The notes beneath the pieces were generated by a model. The model ran no database searches. It was given only the letters and a program-made list of their open reading frames with translations, and had not been told where the DNA came from. From Bacteroidaceae bacterium (GTDB lineage Bacteria; Bacteroidota; Bacteroidia; Bacteroidales; Bacteroidaceae), in contig JAFVSR010000062.1 of assembly GCA_017503645.1 (NCBI GenBank), positions 1,415-65,414 on the forward strand: a stretch of DNA of 64,000 bases, read 5' to 3'. The translations under genes and the position numbers were made by a program. Shown piece by piece: positions 31,028-39,649 of this stretch; the stretch's first letter is position 1, and the number at the start of each line of letters is the position of its first letter.

Positions 31028-31813
31028 TTATTCACAACCTTGCTCGTTTTGCTCCAACCATTTGGCATATCCAATACCCTCCCAGGGCATATTTCTTTCA
31101 AAATTATATTGCCAGGGATAGTGGCGTTTCTTTGTCTCTGCATTGAAAATGGGCGCTTTTCTTATATCACAGAGCCTTTTTGCCGGGCTGCCACCGATGA
31201 AGGAGTAATCTTCGAATGTACCACCCGCAGTGGAGTGGGCTGCAACCATACAAATACGTCCGATGACACAGCCGGGAAGCAACACACACGATGTTGTCAC
31301 CTGTGAATAATCGCCTATGGTTACACCGGCTATGGTGTTTGACGGGGGTGTGGGATCGTTTGTGAGAACGGTGAAGGGCGATATAAACACATAGCTGCCT
31401 ATTTTGGCACCTTGCCCCACATTTACATAACTATGCATTCTCACATAATCACCAATTTCGCAAAATCCCTGAATATCCACGTATGAGCCTATCGAGCAGT
31501 TTCTGCCGGCAATGGTATTCTCGCGCACCGTTGCACGGTGCCCTGTTTGCAGATTATCGCCAAACGTACTGCCCGCATAGAATATTGTATGGCTCCTTAT
31601 GAGCGAGCCTGCACCTATCTTCAAAGGGGGATTTTCGTACGAAGGGTTGTGGTAATAATCGTTCAATGGCTCGCCCAACACACAGTTATTGGATATTATG
31701 GTGTTGGGGCCTATCTCCACATTATCATAGATGATAGTGTCATCACCTATCTTTACCCCCTCGCCTATCTTAACGTTCTTGCCTATATGCACGTTTCTAC
31801 CGGTAAATTTCAT
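31028..31813 (-). CDS. Left-handed beta-helix (hexapeptide-repeat) acyltransferase
   Basis: Repeated [LIV]G-x4 hexapeptides along most of the 261 aa (IGKNVKIGEGVKIGDDTIIYDNVEIGPNTII..). Confidence 0.8.
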   Translation of the reverse strand: MKFTGRNVHIGKNVKIGEGVKIGDDTIIYDNVEIGPNTIISNNCVLGEPLNDYYHNPSYENPPLKIGAGSLIRSHTIFYAGSTFGDNLQTGHRATVRENTIAGRNCSIGSYVDIQGFCEIGDYVRMHSYVNVGQGAKIGSYVFISPFTVLTNDPTPPSNTIAGVTIGDYSQVTTSCVLLPGCVIGRICMVAAHSTAGGTFEDYSFIGGSPAKRLCDIRKAPIFNAETKKRHYPWQYNFERNMPWEGIGYAKWLEQNEQGCE

Positions 31814-31819
31814 CTTATA

Positions 31820-32542
31820 TCAAATTGTTCCGTTATCAACATTTATGTTTTGCCCTGTAATGGATGTTGCCTTTTCCGACAGCAGGAAGGCCACCGTTTC
31901 GGCAACTGATGCTACGCTTGTAGCAGCCTTAAGCGATGTGCGCTTGTAGATGCGGTCCTTTTGGTCATCTGTGAGGGTGGAGCTCATAGCGGTCTCCATA
32001 AAACCGGGCACCACTACATTGCTGCGTATTCCCAAAGCACCCCATTCGCGGGCTGTGTTTTTAGAGAAGGCCTCGAGCGCTCCCTTTGAGGAGGCATACA
32101 TAGCAAGCCCTTTGTAGCCCGTGTGTGCGCTTATCGACGATATGTGCACTATGCTACCCTTGTTCTTGTGGAGCAACATATGTCTTATGGCATATTTTGT
32201 CAACATCATAGGAGTAAACACGTTTACGGCGTACATCTCCTCCAAGCGCTCCAAATTGAGGTTTGTTATTATATCATCGTAGGCCATTGCGGCATTGTTC
32301 ACAAAGCCATCGAGCTGCACCTTGTTGGTTATAAACTCCTTGAAAACGGTTTCCCGCACATTGCCCGATGATGCGAGATCGATGCTTTTGAAAAAGAGCC
32401 TGCCTGCATAGGCGGTTTCGAGTTCCTTGAATTCGGCAGTGTAGGAACGTGCTACGCCATACACCGTGTGACCTTGTGCAAGAAGCACTTTGCATATCTC
32501 CAGGCCCACTCCACGTGAGCAACCGGTAACCAATATATTCAT
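31820..32542 (-). CDS. SDR-family oxidoreductase (FabG-like)
   Basis: TGCSRGVGLE cofactor motif and catalytic YASSK. ATGA overlap with the upstream ligase gene. Confidence 0.88.
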   Translation of the reverse strand: MNILVTGCSRGVGLEICKVLLAQGHTVYGVARSYTAEFKELETAYAGRLFFKSIDLASSGNVRETVFKEFITNKVQLDGFVNNAAMAYDDIITNLNLERLEEMYAVNVFTPMMLTKYAIRHMLLHKNKGSIVHISSISAHTGYKGLAMYASSKGALEAFSKNTAREWGALGIRSNVVVPGFMETAMSSTLTDDQKDRIYKRTSLKAATSVASVAETVAFLLSEKATSITGQNINVDNGTI

Positions 32543-33756
32543 AATCGTTTTATTTTTCCTGTACGTGTGAGGGTGAATTCTTCAACAAATATAATCTTAC
32601 GGGGTATCTTAAAGTCCTGTAATTTGTCGCGCAACGACTTGCGTATATCCACATCGGTAACCGCGGAACCCTCTTCGCGTAACACCTCGGCCACAACAAT
32701 ATTACCAAGCACGGAATTGGGTTTACCATATACAAGCGATTGGCGCACTCCTTCGATGGAATCTATAGCCTCCTCTACCTCAGAGGGATTTACCTTGTAA
32801 CCACCCACGTTTATGAGTTCGTTCTTGCGGCTTTTGAACCTGAAACAGCCGTTAGCCTCATCTACCCATTCGATGAGGTCGCCCGAGTGATAGAACTCGC
32901 CATCGAGTTTGAAGCTGTCGGATCTGCCAAGCAGGGAGTGGTGTATGAGCAGTTCCTCATCGACCACACGAAATTTGTCGCGCAGGCCTGCGGGTAACTG
33001 AAAGCAGTCGCCTTTGGCAGCAAACAACGAACCCGCCTCGGTTGATGCATATACGTTGTTTATTTTGGCGTTGGGAAATATCAAGCGGATATTATCATAT
33101 AGTTGCGTGCCCGATTTCTCCCCACCCAATGTCACGCGCTTCACATTGAGGTATGGCTGTTCATAGGGCAGCAGCAACCTGTAGAACGTGGGCGTGGCCG
33201 ATATGTGCGTTACACCGTGTGCTGCTATGTTGCGGTACACATCGTTGCGTTGCAAATTAAAGACATTAACAAGGGTGTTTTTGTTGGCAAAGGCCTGGAA
33301 GAATACTTGCAGGCCGGCCATATGAGTGGGGTTATAGGCATAGGCCCATATATCACCGATATGCCCTTCGCTCACCCTGACGGCACGCGTGAGGGTGGAA
33401 ATGGAATGAACGACTTTTTTAGGCTGTCCTGTGGTACCCGATGTGAATATCGTTATTTCAGACGAAGAGGCCAGCACGGCCGCAACAAGTGCATCAACAG
33501 AGGAGTATGTTGTTTCATCGAGTTTCACAGGCACGTTCACGGCGCCATTGTCAAGCCCCTCAATCTCCGATACACTCAAATCGGAATCCAGCAGGGTTAA
33601 CGGGCGGCCGGCAGCAATCGCCTTTACGAGATTCTCGAAATAGGCAAAGAGGTCGTCTGTTTTATACAAGGGGAAATACTCCCTATGTCGGTTGATGGAA
33701 TCGACCAGCATTTCATAGGAGTATTCCTTTGCGCCATTATAAAGAAATAGAGCCAT
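32539..33756 (-). CDS. AMP-dependent synthetase/ligase (acyl-ACP/CoA ligase-like)
   Basis: 405 aa. Adenylation motif TSGTTGQPK, later GGYKVNPSEVE and GKIKR. 1-nt TAATG overlap with the ACP gene. Confidence 0.85.
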   Translation of the reverse strand: MALFLYNGAKEYSYEMLVDSINRHREYFPLYKTDDLFAYFENLVKAIAAGRPLTLLDSDLSVSEIEGLDNGAVNVPVKLDETTYSSVDALVAAVLASSSEITIFTSGTTGQPKKVVHSISTLTRAVRVSEGHIGDIWAYAYNPTHMAGLQVFFQAFANKNTLVNVFNLQRNDVYRNIAAHGVTHISATPTFYRLLLPYEQPYLNVKRVTLGGEKSGTQLYDNIRLIFPNAKINNVYASTEAGSLFAAKGDCFQLPAGLRDKFRVVDEELLIHHSLLGRSDSFKLDGEFYHSGDLIEWVDEANGCFRFKSRKNELINVGGYKVNPSEVEEAIDSIEGVRQSLVYGKPNSVLGNIVVAEVLREEGSAVTDVDIRKSLRDKLQDFKIPRKIIFVEEFTLTRTGKIKRL

Positions 33757-33980
33757 TATTTCTGCAATTTCTCGTAAATCTCACCTACGGTATTTACCAA
33801 GCCATCTTCAAAAATATCCACATCGAATTCGGCCTCGATGTTTACAGTGAGCTCGGCCAAATCGAATGATGTGAGGCCGAGGTCGTCGCGCAGATTGTCG
33901 CCGGCATTGAGCGACGCCACAGGAGCCATATCTTTAGTTGCACGAATATTGTTTATTATCTCCAAGACTTTCTGTTCCAT
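33756..33980 (-). CDS. Acyl carrier protein
   Basis: 74 aa, acidic. Phosphopantetheine-site context DDLGLTSFDLAEL. Confidence 0.85.
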   Translation of the reverse strand: MEQKVLEIINNIRATKDMAPVASLNAGDNLRDDLGLTSFDLAELTVNIEAEFDVDIFEDGLVNTVGEIYEKLQK

Positions 33981-33985
33981 AACAA

Positions 33986-34765
33986 TTATTTATTTTGTTG
34001 TTTTTTATACTCTAAGAATTCATCGTAATCGCGAATATAATCCGCGGCTGTATAAACCTCTGAAGCCAATACCAAACATATGGCACCCGAGGAGAAACCA
34101 TCGAGAGTGCGCCACATACCCGGGCCCACCTCCAGTGCCTCACCAGGGCGGTTTAATGTGTAGGTACGTTTTTCCGCACCGTCATCGAGAGTGATATTGA
34201 AACTGCCCACTACAGCCACAACAAGTTGTTTGAGTGCTTTATGCGCGTGAGCGCCACGACTCTCACCGGCCGGTACGTCATACAGATAATAGGCACGTTT
34301 AACATCGAAAGGTGCACCGTCGCCATTTTTTACAAAAGTTATTCTTCCTTGCAGACAAGGCGCATTATTCAACGGCACTATCTTGCCTCCGAAATCATCA
34401 TCGCAAGCGCTGCGGCCATCACCCTTTTCTGCAGAAAGGACAAATGCCACCGCATTGGTAGTAAAATTACTCATTTGCCATTGCAAACCTTTGGGAACAT
34501 ATAAAGCCCTGTAAGGGCGGTTCAAGTTAAACGACTTGCAGCATTCACCATCTTCCACCTTTACTTCAAAACCGCCCGAAAGCGCAATCACAAGTTCATC
34601 CTTTCCACCCAGATGTTTGTTTTGCCATTTTTCGCCATCACGAAAATCGTAAAGCCACGCACTGCCGCCTATTTCAAAAGGCAAATTTGCACCATTTTCA
34701 ACAACCGATAAATTCCCGCGTTCATCTAACATTTTGGGAAGCTCTATAAATCTCAGTTGTTCCAT
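33986..34765 (-). CDS. Tandem-cupin WxcM/FdtA/QdtA-like sugar 3,4-ketoisomerase
   Basis: Two collinear cupin halves. The C-half carries ESRGAHAHK; the N-half has KWQNKHL at the same position. Confidence 0.8.
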   Translation of the reverse strand: MEQLRFIELPKMLDERGNLSVVENGANLPFEIGGSAWLYDFRDGEKWQNKHLGGKDELVIALSGGFEVKVEDGECCKSFNLNRPYRALYVPKGLQWQMSNFTTNAVAFVLSAEKGDGRSACDDDFGGKIVPLNNAPCLQGRITFVKNGDGAPFDVKRAYYLYDVPAGESRGAHAHKALKQLVVAVVGSFNITLDDGAEKRTYTLNRPGEALEVGPGMWRTLDGFSSGAICLVLASEVYTAADYIRDYDEFLEYKKQQNK

Positions 34766-34932
34766 AAATACACTCTGTTTATTGTTTGCAAATAAATATG
34801 TATTGCCTTGTAAAGCAGAACATATAAAGCCATCACGCCAAATTACAGACTTTATATTGCAAATATATCCTAAAAACAGGAATAATCAACAAGAAAAAGG
34901 AATATTTTACCTCAATTATAGCATAATAGGAA

Positions 34933-35379
34933 TCAGTCTTTATTGCCTTGCACAACCATACGATAAACATTTGTTTCCTTTGGCTGGAAACCCACTGCAC
35001 GATAGAGAGCGTTTGCGGCCACACGGGCGGGTTTGGAGGTGAGCATAAGCGTCCCACATCCCTCGTTGGCAGCAAAACCTATAACATATTCCACCAATCG
35101 GCGGCCATAAGCACGGCCGCGCATTGCCGAATCGACCACCACATCCTCAATCCAATATTTACGCCCTGTGGGGGCAAGGTAGCTGCCAAGTGTTATCATA
35201 CCCACGACCTCACCATCCACACGCAATAGAAAAAGACGCGATGCAGTACTCTCCACCATTGCTTGCAATTCGTTCATAGTAAAGGAAACGGGCGATGATG
35301 ACAACTGCGCGAGCAACTTGTTTATGGGGCGGATATACTCCTCGCAAGCGGTTGTAATTTCAAATATTTCTTCTTGCAT
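34933..35379 (-). CDS. GNAT-family N-acetyltransferase
   Basis: 148 aa. Acetyl-CoA motif VVVDSAMRGRAYGRRLVEYV. Confidence 0.85.
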   Translation of the reverse strand: MQEEIFEITTACEEYIRPINKLLAQLSSSPVSFTMNELQAMVESTASRLFLLRVDGEVVGMITLGSYLAPTGRKYWIEDVVVDSAMRGRAYGRRLVEYVIGFAANEGCGTLMLTSKPARVAANALYRAVGFQPKETNVYRMVVQGNKD

Positions 35380-35385
35380 AGCCGG

Positions 35386-36885
35386 TTAAAGTTTTACTTT
35401 ACACTTCACGCCCTTGGACTCGTTCTGCACACGGTCGAGCACCGTAACCACGTATGTTACCTTGCCCTTCTCGTCGGCAGGTATCTTGTAATAGGTGTTG
35501 CGTGTTATCGCTACTATGTTTGCTGCCGAGGAGAGCGATTTCTTTTGCCCCTTCACAAAACGGTACACCACATATTTTGCAGGAGCATTCATCTCATCGT
35601 CACACTCACGTGGGAGCCACACAAGTATCTTTTCACCATTATCCTCTATCAGCTGCACACCCTTCACCTTTTTGGGCGCATCGTCGTCCATAAACGGTAC
35701 AGCAGGCATAAGCGCAGGGTAGCTATGGTAATTTTGAGCAAGGATATCGCGATAGCCGCCTACGTTGTTGGCAGCCGAGGCTGCATCCCACAGGCAAGAA
35801 CCCCCAACCGAGCGATAAGAGCGCTGCATATCCATCTTTTGCACAAGCTGGTGACGTGCCGGGTTCTCGGTATCTTTGGCCTTTACGGTGCGGTTCACAT
35901 CCTGGCCTATGTACAATGGGCGCTTTGCAGCATATTTGGCCCACCACTCCACGAGCGCTTCGTAGTCGGCAGCCTTGTGGCCTATCTCCCAATAGATTTG
36001 CGGGATGCAGTAATCTACCCAGCCCTCGTCTATCCAGTAGAGCACATCGGCATTGAGGTCGTCGTAGCTTTGCAGGCCTTTGGTGCGGCTACCCCACTCC
36101 CAACTACCTTCGTTGCGGTATATTCCAAAGGGCGATACGCCGAATTTAACCCACGGCTTTATTGCGCGCACGGTTTTGTGTATCTGCTCTATGAGCTTGT
36201 TCACATTGCTGCGGCGCCACAATGCCTTGTTTTCGTAGCCACTGGAACGGAACCACTTATCATCGTTAAAAGGCTTGCCATTTACGGGATAGGGGTAGAA
36301 ATAGTCGTCTATGTGCAGGCCATCGACATCGTAGCGGGTGACAATATCGGTTATCACCTTGCATATATGGTCGCGGTTTTCCTGCAACGAGGGGTTAAAG
36401 TAGAGCTGTCCTTCGTACTCTATGAAATTGCCGGGGCGCAAGCGGCTCTGGTGGTTGGCAGCAACTGACGTTGTTCCTTTTGTGCGGGCACGGTATGGGT
36501 TAATCCAGGCGTGCAGTTCCATATTGCGTTTGTGAGCCTCGGCCACCATAAAGGCAAGAGGGTCCCACCCCGGGTTTTTCCCCTGCTGCCCCATCATATA
36601 GCGGCTCCACGGCTCGTAGGGCGAGGGATAGAGCGCGTCGCCCTCAACACGCACTTGGAATATTATGGCGTTCACGTTTACCTTTTGCAAGTTATCGAGC
36701 ATAGTGGTGAGATAACCCTTCATTTCGGCCTCGTTCATTCCCATAAACTGCCCATTGACAGCCTGTATCCAAGCACCGCGAAATTCGCGTTTGGGTGGGA
36801 TATTCTCTTTGGTTTTAACTGAATGCTTACCCGTGGAGCAGGAGAACAGCAGCAAGGCAAGCAGCATTGTGGCAAAAAGTCTCAT
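35386..36885 (-). CDS. Glycoside-hydrolase-family-10-like (GHL10/DUF187) lipoprotein
   Basis: Start at MRLFATMLLALLLFSCS (lipobox). The ORF-track start at 36960 overlaps the kinase gene. TIM-barrel-like body (FRGAWI.., HAWINPYR) and a C-terminal Ig-like tail. Confidence 0.7.
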   Translation of the reverse strand: MRLFATMLLALLLFSCSTGKHSVKTKENIPPKREFRGAWIQAVNGQFMGMNEAEMKGYLTTMLDNLQKVNVNAIIFQVRVEGDALYPSPYEPWSRYMMGQQGKNPGWDPLAFMVAEAHKRNMELHAWINPYRARTKGTTSVAANHQSRLRPGNFIEYEGQLYFNPSLQENRDHICKVITDIVTRYDVDGLHIDDYFYPYPVNGKPFNDDKWFRSSGYENKALWRRSNVNKLIEQIHKTVRAIKPWVKFGVSPFGIYRNEGSWEWGSRTKGLQSYDDLNADVLYWIDEGWVDYCIPQIYWEIGHKAADYEALVEWWAKYAAKRPLYIGQDVNRTVKAKDTENPARHQLVQKMDMQRSYRSVGGSCLWDAASAANNVGGYRDILAQNYHSYPALMPAVPFMDDDAPKKVKGVQLIEDNGEKILVWLPRECDDEMNAPAKYVVYRFVKGQKKSLSSAANIVAITRNTYYKIPADEKGKVTYVVTVLDRVQNESKGVKCKVKL

Positions 36886-36915
36886 TTTCTTGTAGCTGTT
36901 TTTGGAAATACAGCG

Positions 36916-36923
36916 CGAAGATA
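36916..36923 (-). promoter_or_regulatory. Putative -7 promoter box (TATCTTCG) for the GHL10-GNAT pair
   Basis: Minus-strand TATCTTCG 30 nt upstream of the ATG at 36885. Confidence 0.4.
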
Positions 36924-36940
36924 ACACTTTTCCCCTACCG

Positions 36941-38830
36941 CTACAAATCGGTCTCCACAATCTTTACAAAAAGGTCCCACCCATTCGTGTTTTGATACGT
37001 AGCCTTTGCACCGCGCGGTACGTAAAGGGTGCAGTTACCCGCAACGCTGCCGAAAGTACTCCAATCCACCGCAAACAGTTTGTCGGCAGGGATGCGCGAC
37101 ACAATCTTTGTGAGTTTGCCGCAGCCGTCGAACGCAAAAACGCCTATCGAGGCAACACTCTCTCCTATTGTTACCGTTGTGAGATTAGGACAGTAGTCAA
37201 AAGCCCAAGCACCTATGTAGGTAACCTTGTCGGGGATTACCAGCGTGCTGTAACCACAATTCGACAACGCAGCCTCACCTATGTAGGTTACGTTTTCGGG
37301 AATATCTATCTCTATTAGTTTCTCGCACCACTGGAAGGCGTAATCACCAATATGCGTAAGCCCCTGTGGCAATTTTATTCTATAGAAGGGGCAATGGTGG
37401 AATGCATAATCGCCAATATATGTAACACTCTCGGGAATATCGATGCTGCCCAGTCTGAACTGTCCGGCAAATGCGTGGTCTGCTATTTTTGTGATTCCCT
37501 GCGGTATTTTGCTGGTGCAGCAACCGGCAATGAGCGTGTTTGTCGCAGTCTCTATTATAGCGTTGCACCCCTCGCGGCTGTCGTAATAGGGATTGGCTGC
37601 ATCTACCACAACCCTCTCTATATATATACAATTATCCAATATTCCATAGCCTATCCATTTAACGCTCGCGGGTATAAACAAGGTACCCTCAAAAGGGTTG
37701 CGCGACAATGCAAAATTGCCTATGCTGTCTATTCCGTTTTCTATCTTAATGGACCTTATGATGTTTACACTCAAGGCATCTTCGGCAAAGGCGGTTACTT
37801 TGAGGGTGCGCCCGCGATGTGTAACCTGGGCGGGAAATACAACGTCACCTGTGTATTCATCTTTATATTCATTGTAATCTTTCCCCTTGTAGGTAATTTC
37901 CACGGTGCGTGCATCGTGGTCGGTTATGCGGTAGAACACGCCGTTTTCTTCAAATTTCTCGGAAATCTGCCCGGTTTCCCATGCAATATAGTCGCAAATG
38001 CTTTCATACGCAGGAGAACATATAAAGCCTATGGCAGCTACAATAATGGCTACCACAAAAGCAGCAATGCGCAGCAAGGAGCGCAACCGGCGGTACTTTA
38101 TTTCGTTAATAACAACATCGGCTGTGGAATATCGTTTCTCTTTTTGCGGCTGCAGGCAACGCTCTTTTATTCTACGCAGATAATGAGGCAAGGGCAGCTT
38201 TCTCGCTTTTTCAATCTCTGCAATCAGTGCCCCCACCTCGTATAAATCGGTAGAAGCATCTATTTGGTCTATCAGTTTGCTTTTCAACTCGGGTGCCACA
38301 TTCTCTCCCGGCGTGTATCCTGCCGTCTTTCTATAAGACGACTCTATACAGAATCCCAAGTCTATAATCTTTACATTGTTGTTTATTTGGCACAGAATTA
38401 TATTCTTTGGAGTAATATCCAAGTGAGCGATGTTGTTGCTGTGCAGGCACTTTAAGCCTTCGAGCAACTGCACAATAAATTTATCAACATTCTCGTCGTT
38501 GTCGAAGAACACAGGTTCCTCTTCGAGTTTCTTCTGCAAGGTAGTTCCGTGCACATACTCCATAAGTATGTAGAGCCCCTTTCCATCCTCTCCCATGCTC
38601 ACATATTGCGGGATATAACAGCAGTTCATAGACTTGCCAATCTCAAACTCCTTGTTGAATATCAGCCTGTAGTTGAGGTCGTTGCTATATTGGCTGCGCA
38701 GGCGTTTCATAAAATAGGCCTTCCCTTTTATATGCACTATGTATGCCTCGCAGGTGCCACCCTCGCTGTCGAGACGCTCTATTTTATCAAACTTTATATC
38801 CTCATCCAAGAATTCCGAATATTCCACCAT
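36941..38830 (-). CDS. Transmembrane Hanks-type Ser/Thr protein kinase with C-terminal BspA-type leucine-rich-repeat ectodomain
   Basis: Kinase subdomains: YFMKRL (Lys), HLDITPKN, DLG, APE, DLYEVG. One TM helix (IAAFVVAIIVAAIGFICS). About 300 aa of I-P-x-V-T-x-IG-x-x-AF-x-x-C repeats. Confidence 0.85.
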   Translation of the reverse strand: MVEYSEFLDEDIKFDKIERLDSEGGTCEAYIVHIKGKAYFMKRLRSQYSNDLNYRLIFNKEFEIGKSMNCCYIPQYVSMGEDGKGLYILMEYVHGTTLQKKLEEEPVFFDNDENVDKFIVQLLEGLKCLHSNNIAHLDITPKNIILCQINNNVKIIDLGFCIESSYRKTAGYTPGENVAPELKSKLIDQIDASTDLYEVGALIAEIEKARKLPLPHYLRRIKERCLQPQKEKRYSTADVVINEIKYRRLRSLLRIAAFVVAIIVAAIGFICSPAYESICDYIAWETGQISEKFEENGVFYRITDHDARTVEITYKGKDYNEYKDEYTGDVVFPAQVTHRGRTLKVTAFAEDALSVNIIRSIKIENGIDSIGNFALSRNPFEGTLFIPASVKWIGYGILDNCIYIERVVVDAANPYYDSREGCNAIIETATNTLIAGCCTSKIPQGITKIADHAFAGQFRLGSIDIPESVTYIGDYAFHHCPFYRIKLPQGLTHIGDYAFQWCEKLIEIDIPENVTYIGEAALSNCGYSTLVIPDKVTYIGAWAFDYCPNLTTVTIGESVASIGVFAFDGCGKLTKIVSRIPADKLFAVDWSTFGSVAGNCTLYVPRGAKATYQNTNGWDLFVKIVETDL

Positions 38831-38831
38831 C

Positions 38832-39434
38832 TTAATCTATGCTTAAAGTATTTGTCAAAACTCTGAATTTCACACCACCATTTTGCCCGCAAACATAGCG
38901 TATGGGCGCACCCCCTTCGTGCACAAGGCAACTAAGGTATAGCGGCTCGCCCTGTGTTATCACATCCACATGAAAGGTATCCCCCTTGCTCAACTTGCTG
39001 TTTATGCTATTTACAACCTTGAACATATCGTAACCAAGAAACTCCACCGTTACAAAGCGTTGCGGCAACCACGAGAGTTCAATCTGCTGCCCCTTTTTGA
39101 GCGCACTCGTGGGGATATAATCATTTAGCAAAAATCGGCTACCTGGAGGGATGAGCTCGCCGGCACGTTCTTTATGAAACTGCTCATAGTTATTATAGCC
39201 TGTGTATTGTGCCAGCGTGTCTATGGTGAAACGGCGAGGTATGGTATTGTATTTCCCATCGGCAAGGTTGCCCCAAAAGCGGCGCAGTGTCATGGGGCTC
39301 AGGTAAGAGCCGGTCCTGTCGAGTATGCGCATAGACAGATATTCGTAATCGCGCTTGGTTGCCACTTTGCGCCCAAGCAACGCCTCTATGGCGTTTTTCA
39401 AAGCCTCGTAATTCCCTCTGTTATTGTTTTCCAT
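38832..39434 (-). CDS. Hypothetical protein, possible N-terminal HTH, translationally coupled to the kinase
   Basis: Start taken at MENNNRGNY; the longer ORF to 39554 looks non-coding. The stop is separated from the kinase ATG by 1 nt (TAA-G-ATG). The segments SPMTLRRFWG and TIDTLAQYTGYNNYEQF look HTH-like. Confidence 0.6.
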   Translation of the reverse strand: MENNNRGNYEALKNAIEALLGRKVATKRDYEYLSMRILDRTGSYLSPMTLRRFWGNLADGKYNTIPRRFTIDTLAQYTGYNNYEQFHKERAGELIPPGSRFLLNDYIPTSALKKGQQIELSWLPQRFVTVEFLGYDMFKVVNSINSKLSKGDTFHVDVITQGEPLYLSCLVHEGGAPIRYVCGQNGGVKFRVLTNTLSID

Positions 39435-39542
39435 ACTGCAAATGTATAAAACAAAACCGCACCTACGAAATAATTCTTGCACCAATCCGCCACTGCCCCG
39501 CAAAAGAAACGCAATGAAACGCTTTTCCTCGCCACAAGAAGT

Positions 39543-39550
39543 TAATTTTG
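39543..39550 (+). promoter_or_regulatory. Putative -7 promoter box (TAATTTTG) for the large LRR gene
   Basis: Exact TAnnTTTG match 99 nt upstream of the ATG at 39650. Confidence 0.4.
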
Positions 39551-39649
39551 CCAAAAATTATTGCGCCTTGCTATGCACCGCAGTTATCAAGGCAATATAC
39601 CGGGGATTTATCCCCTAATGGTAAAAACAACTATAATAAATAATATATT

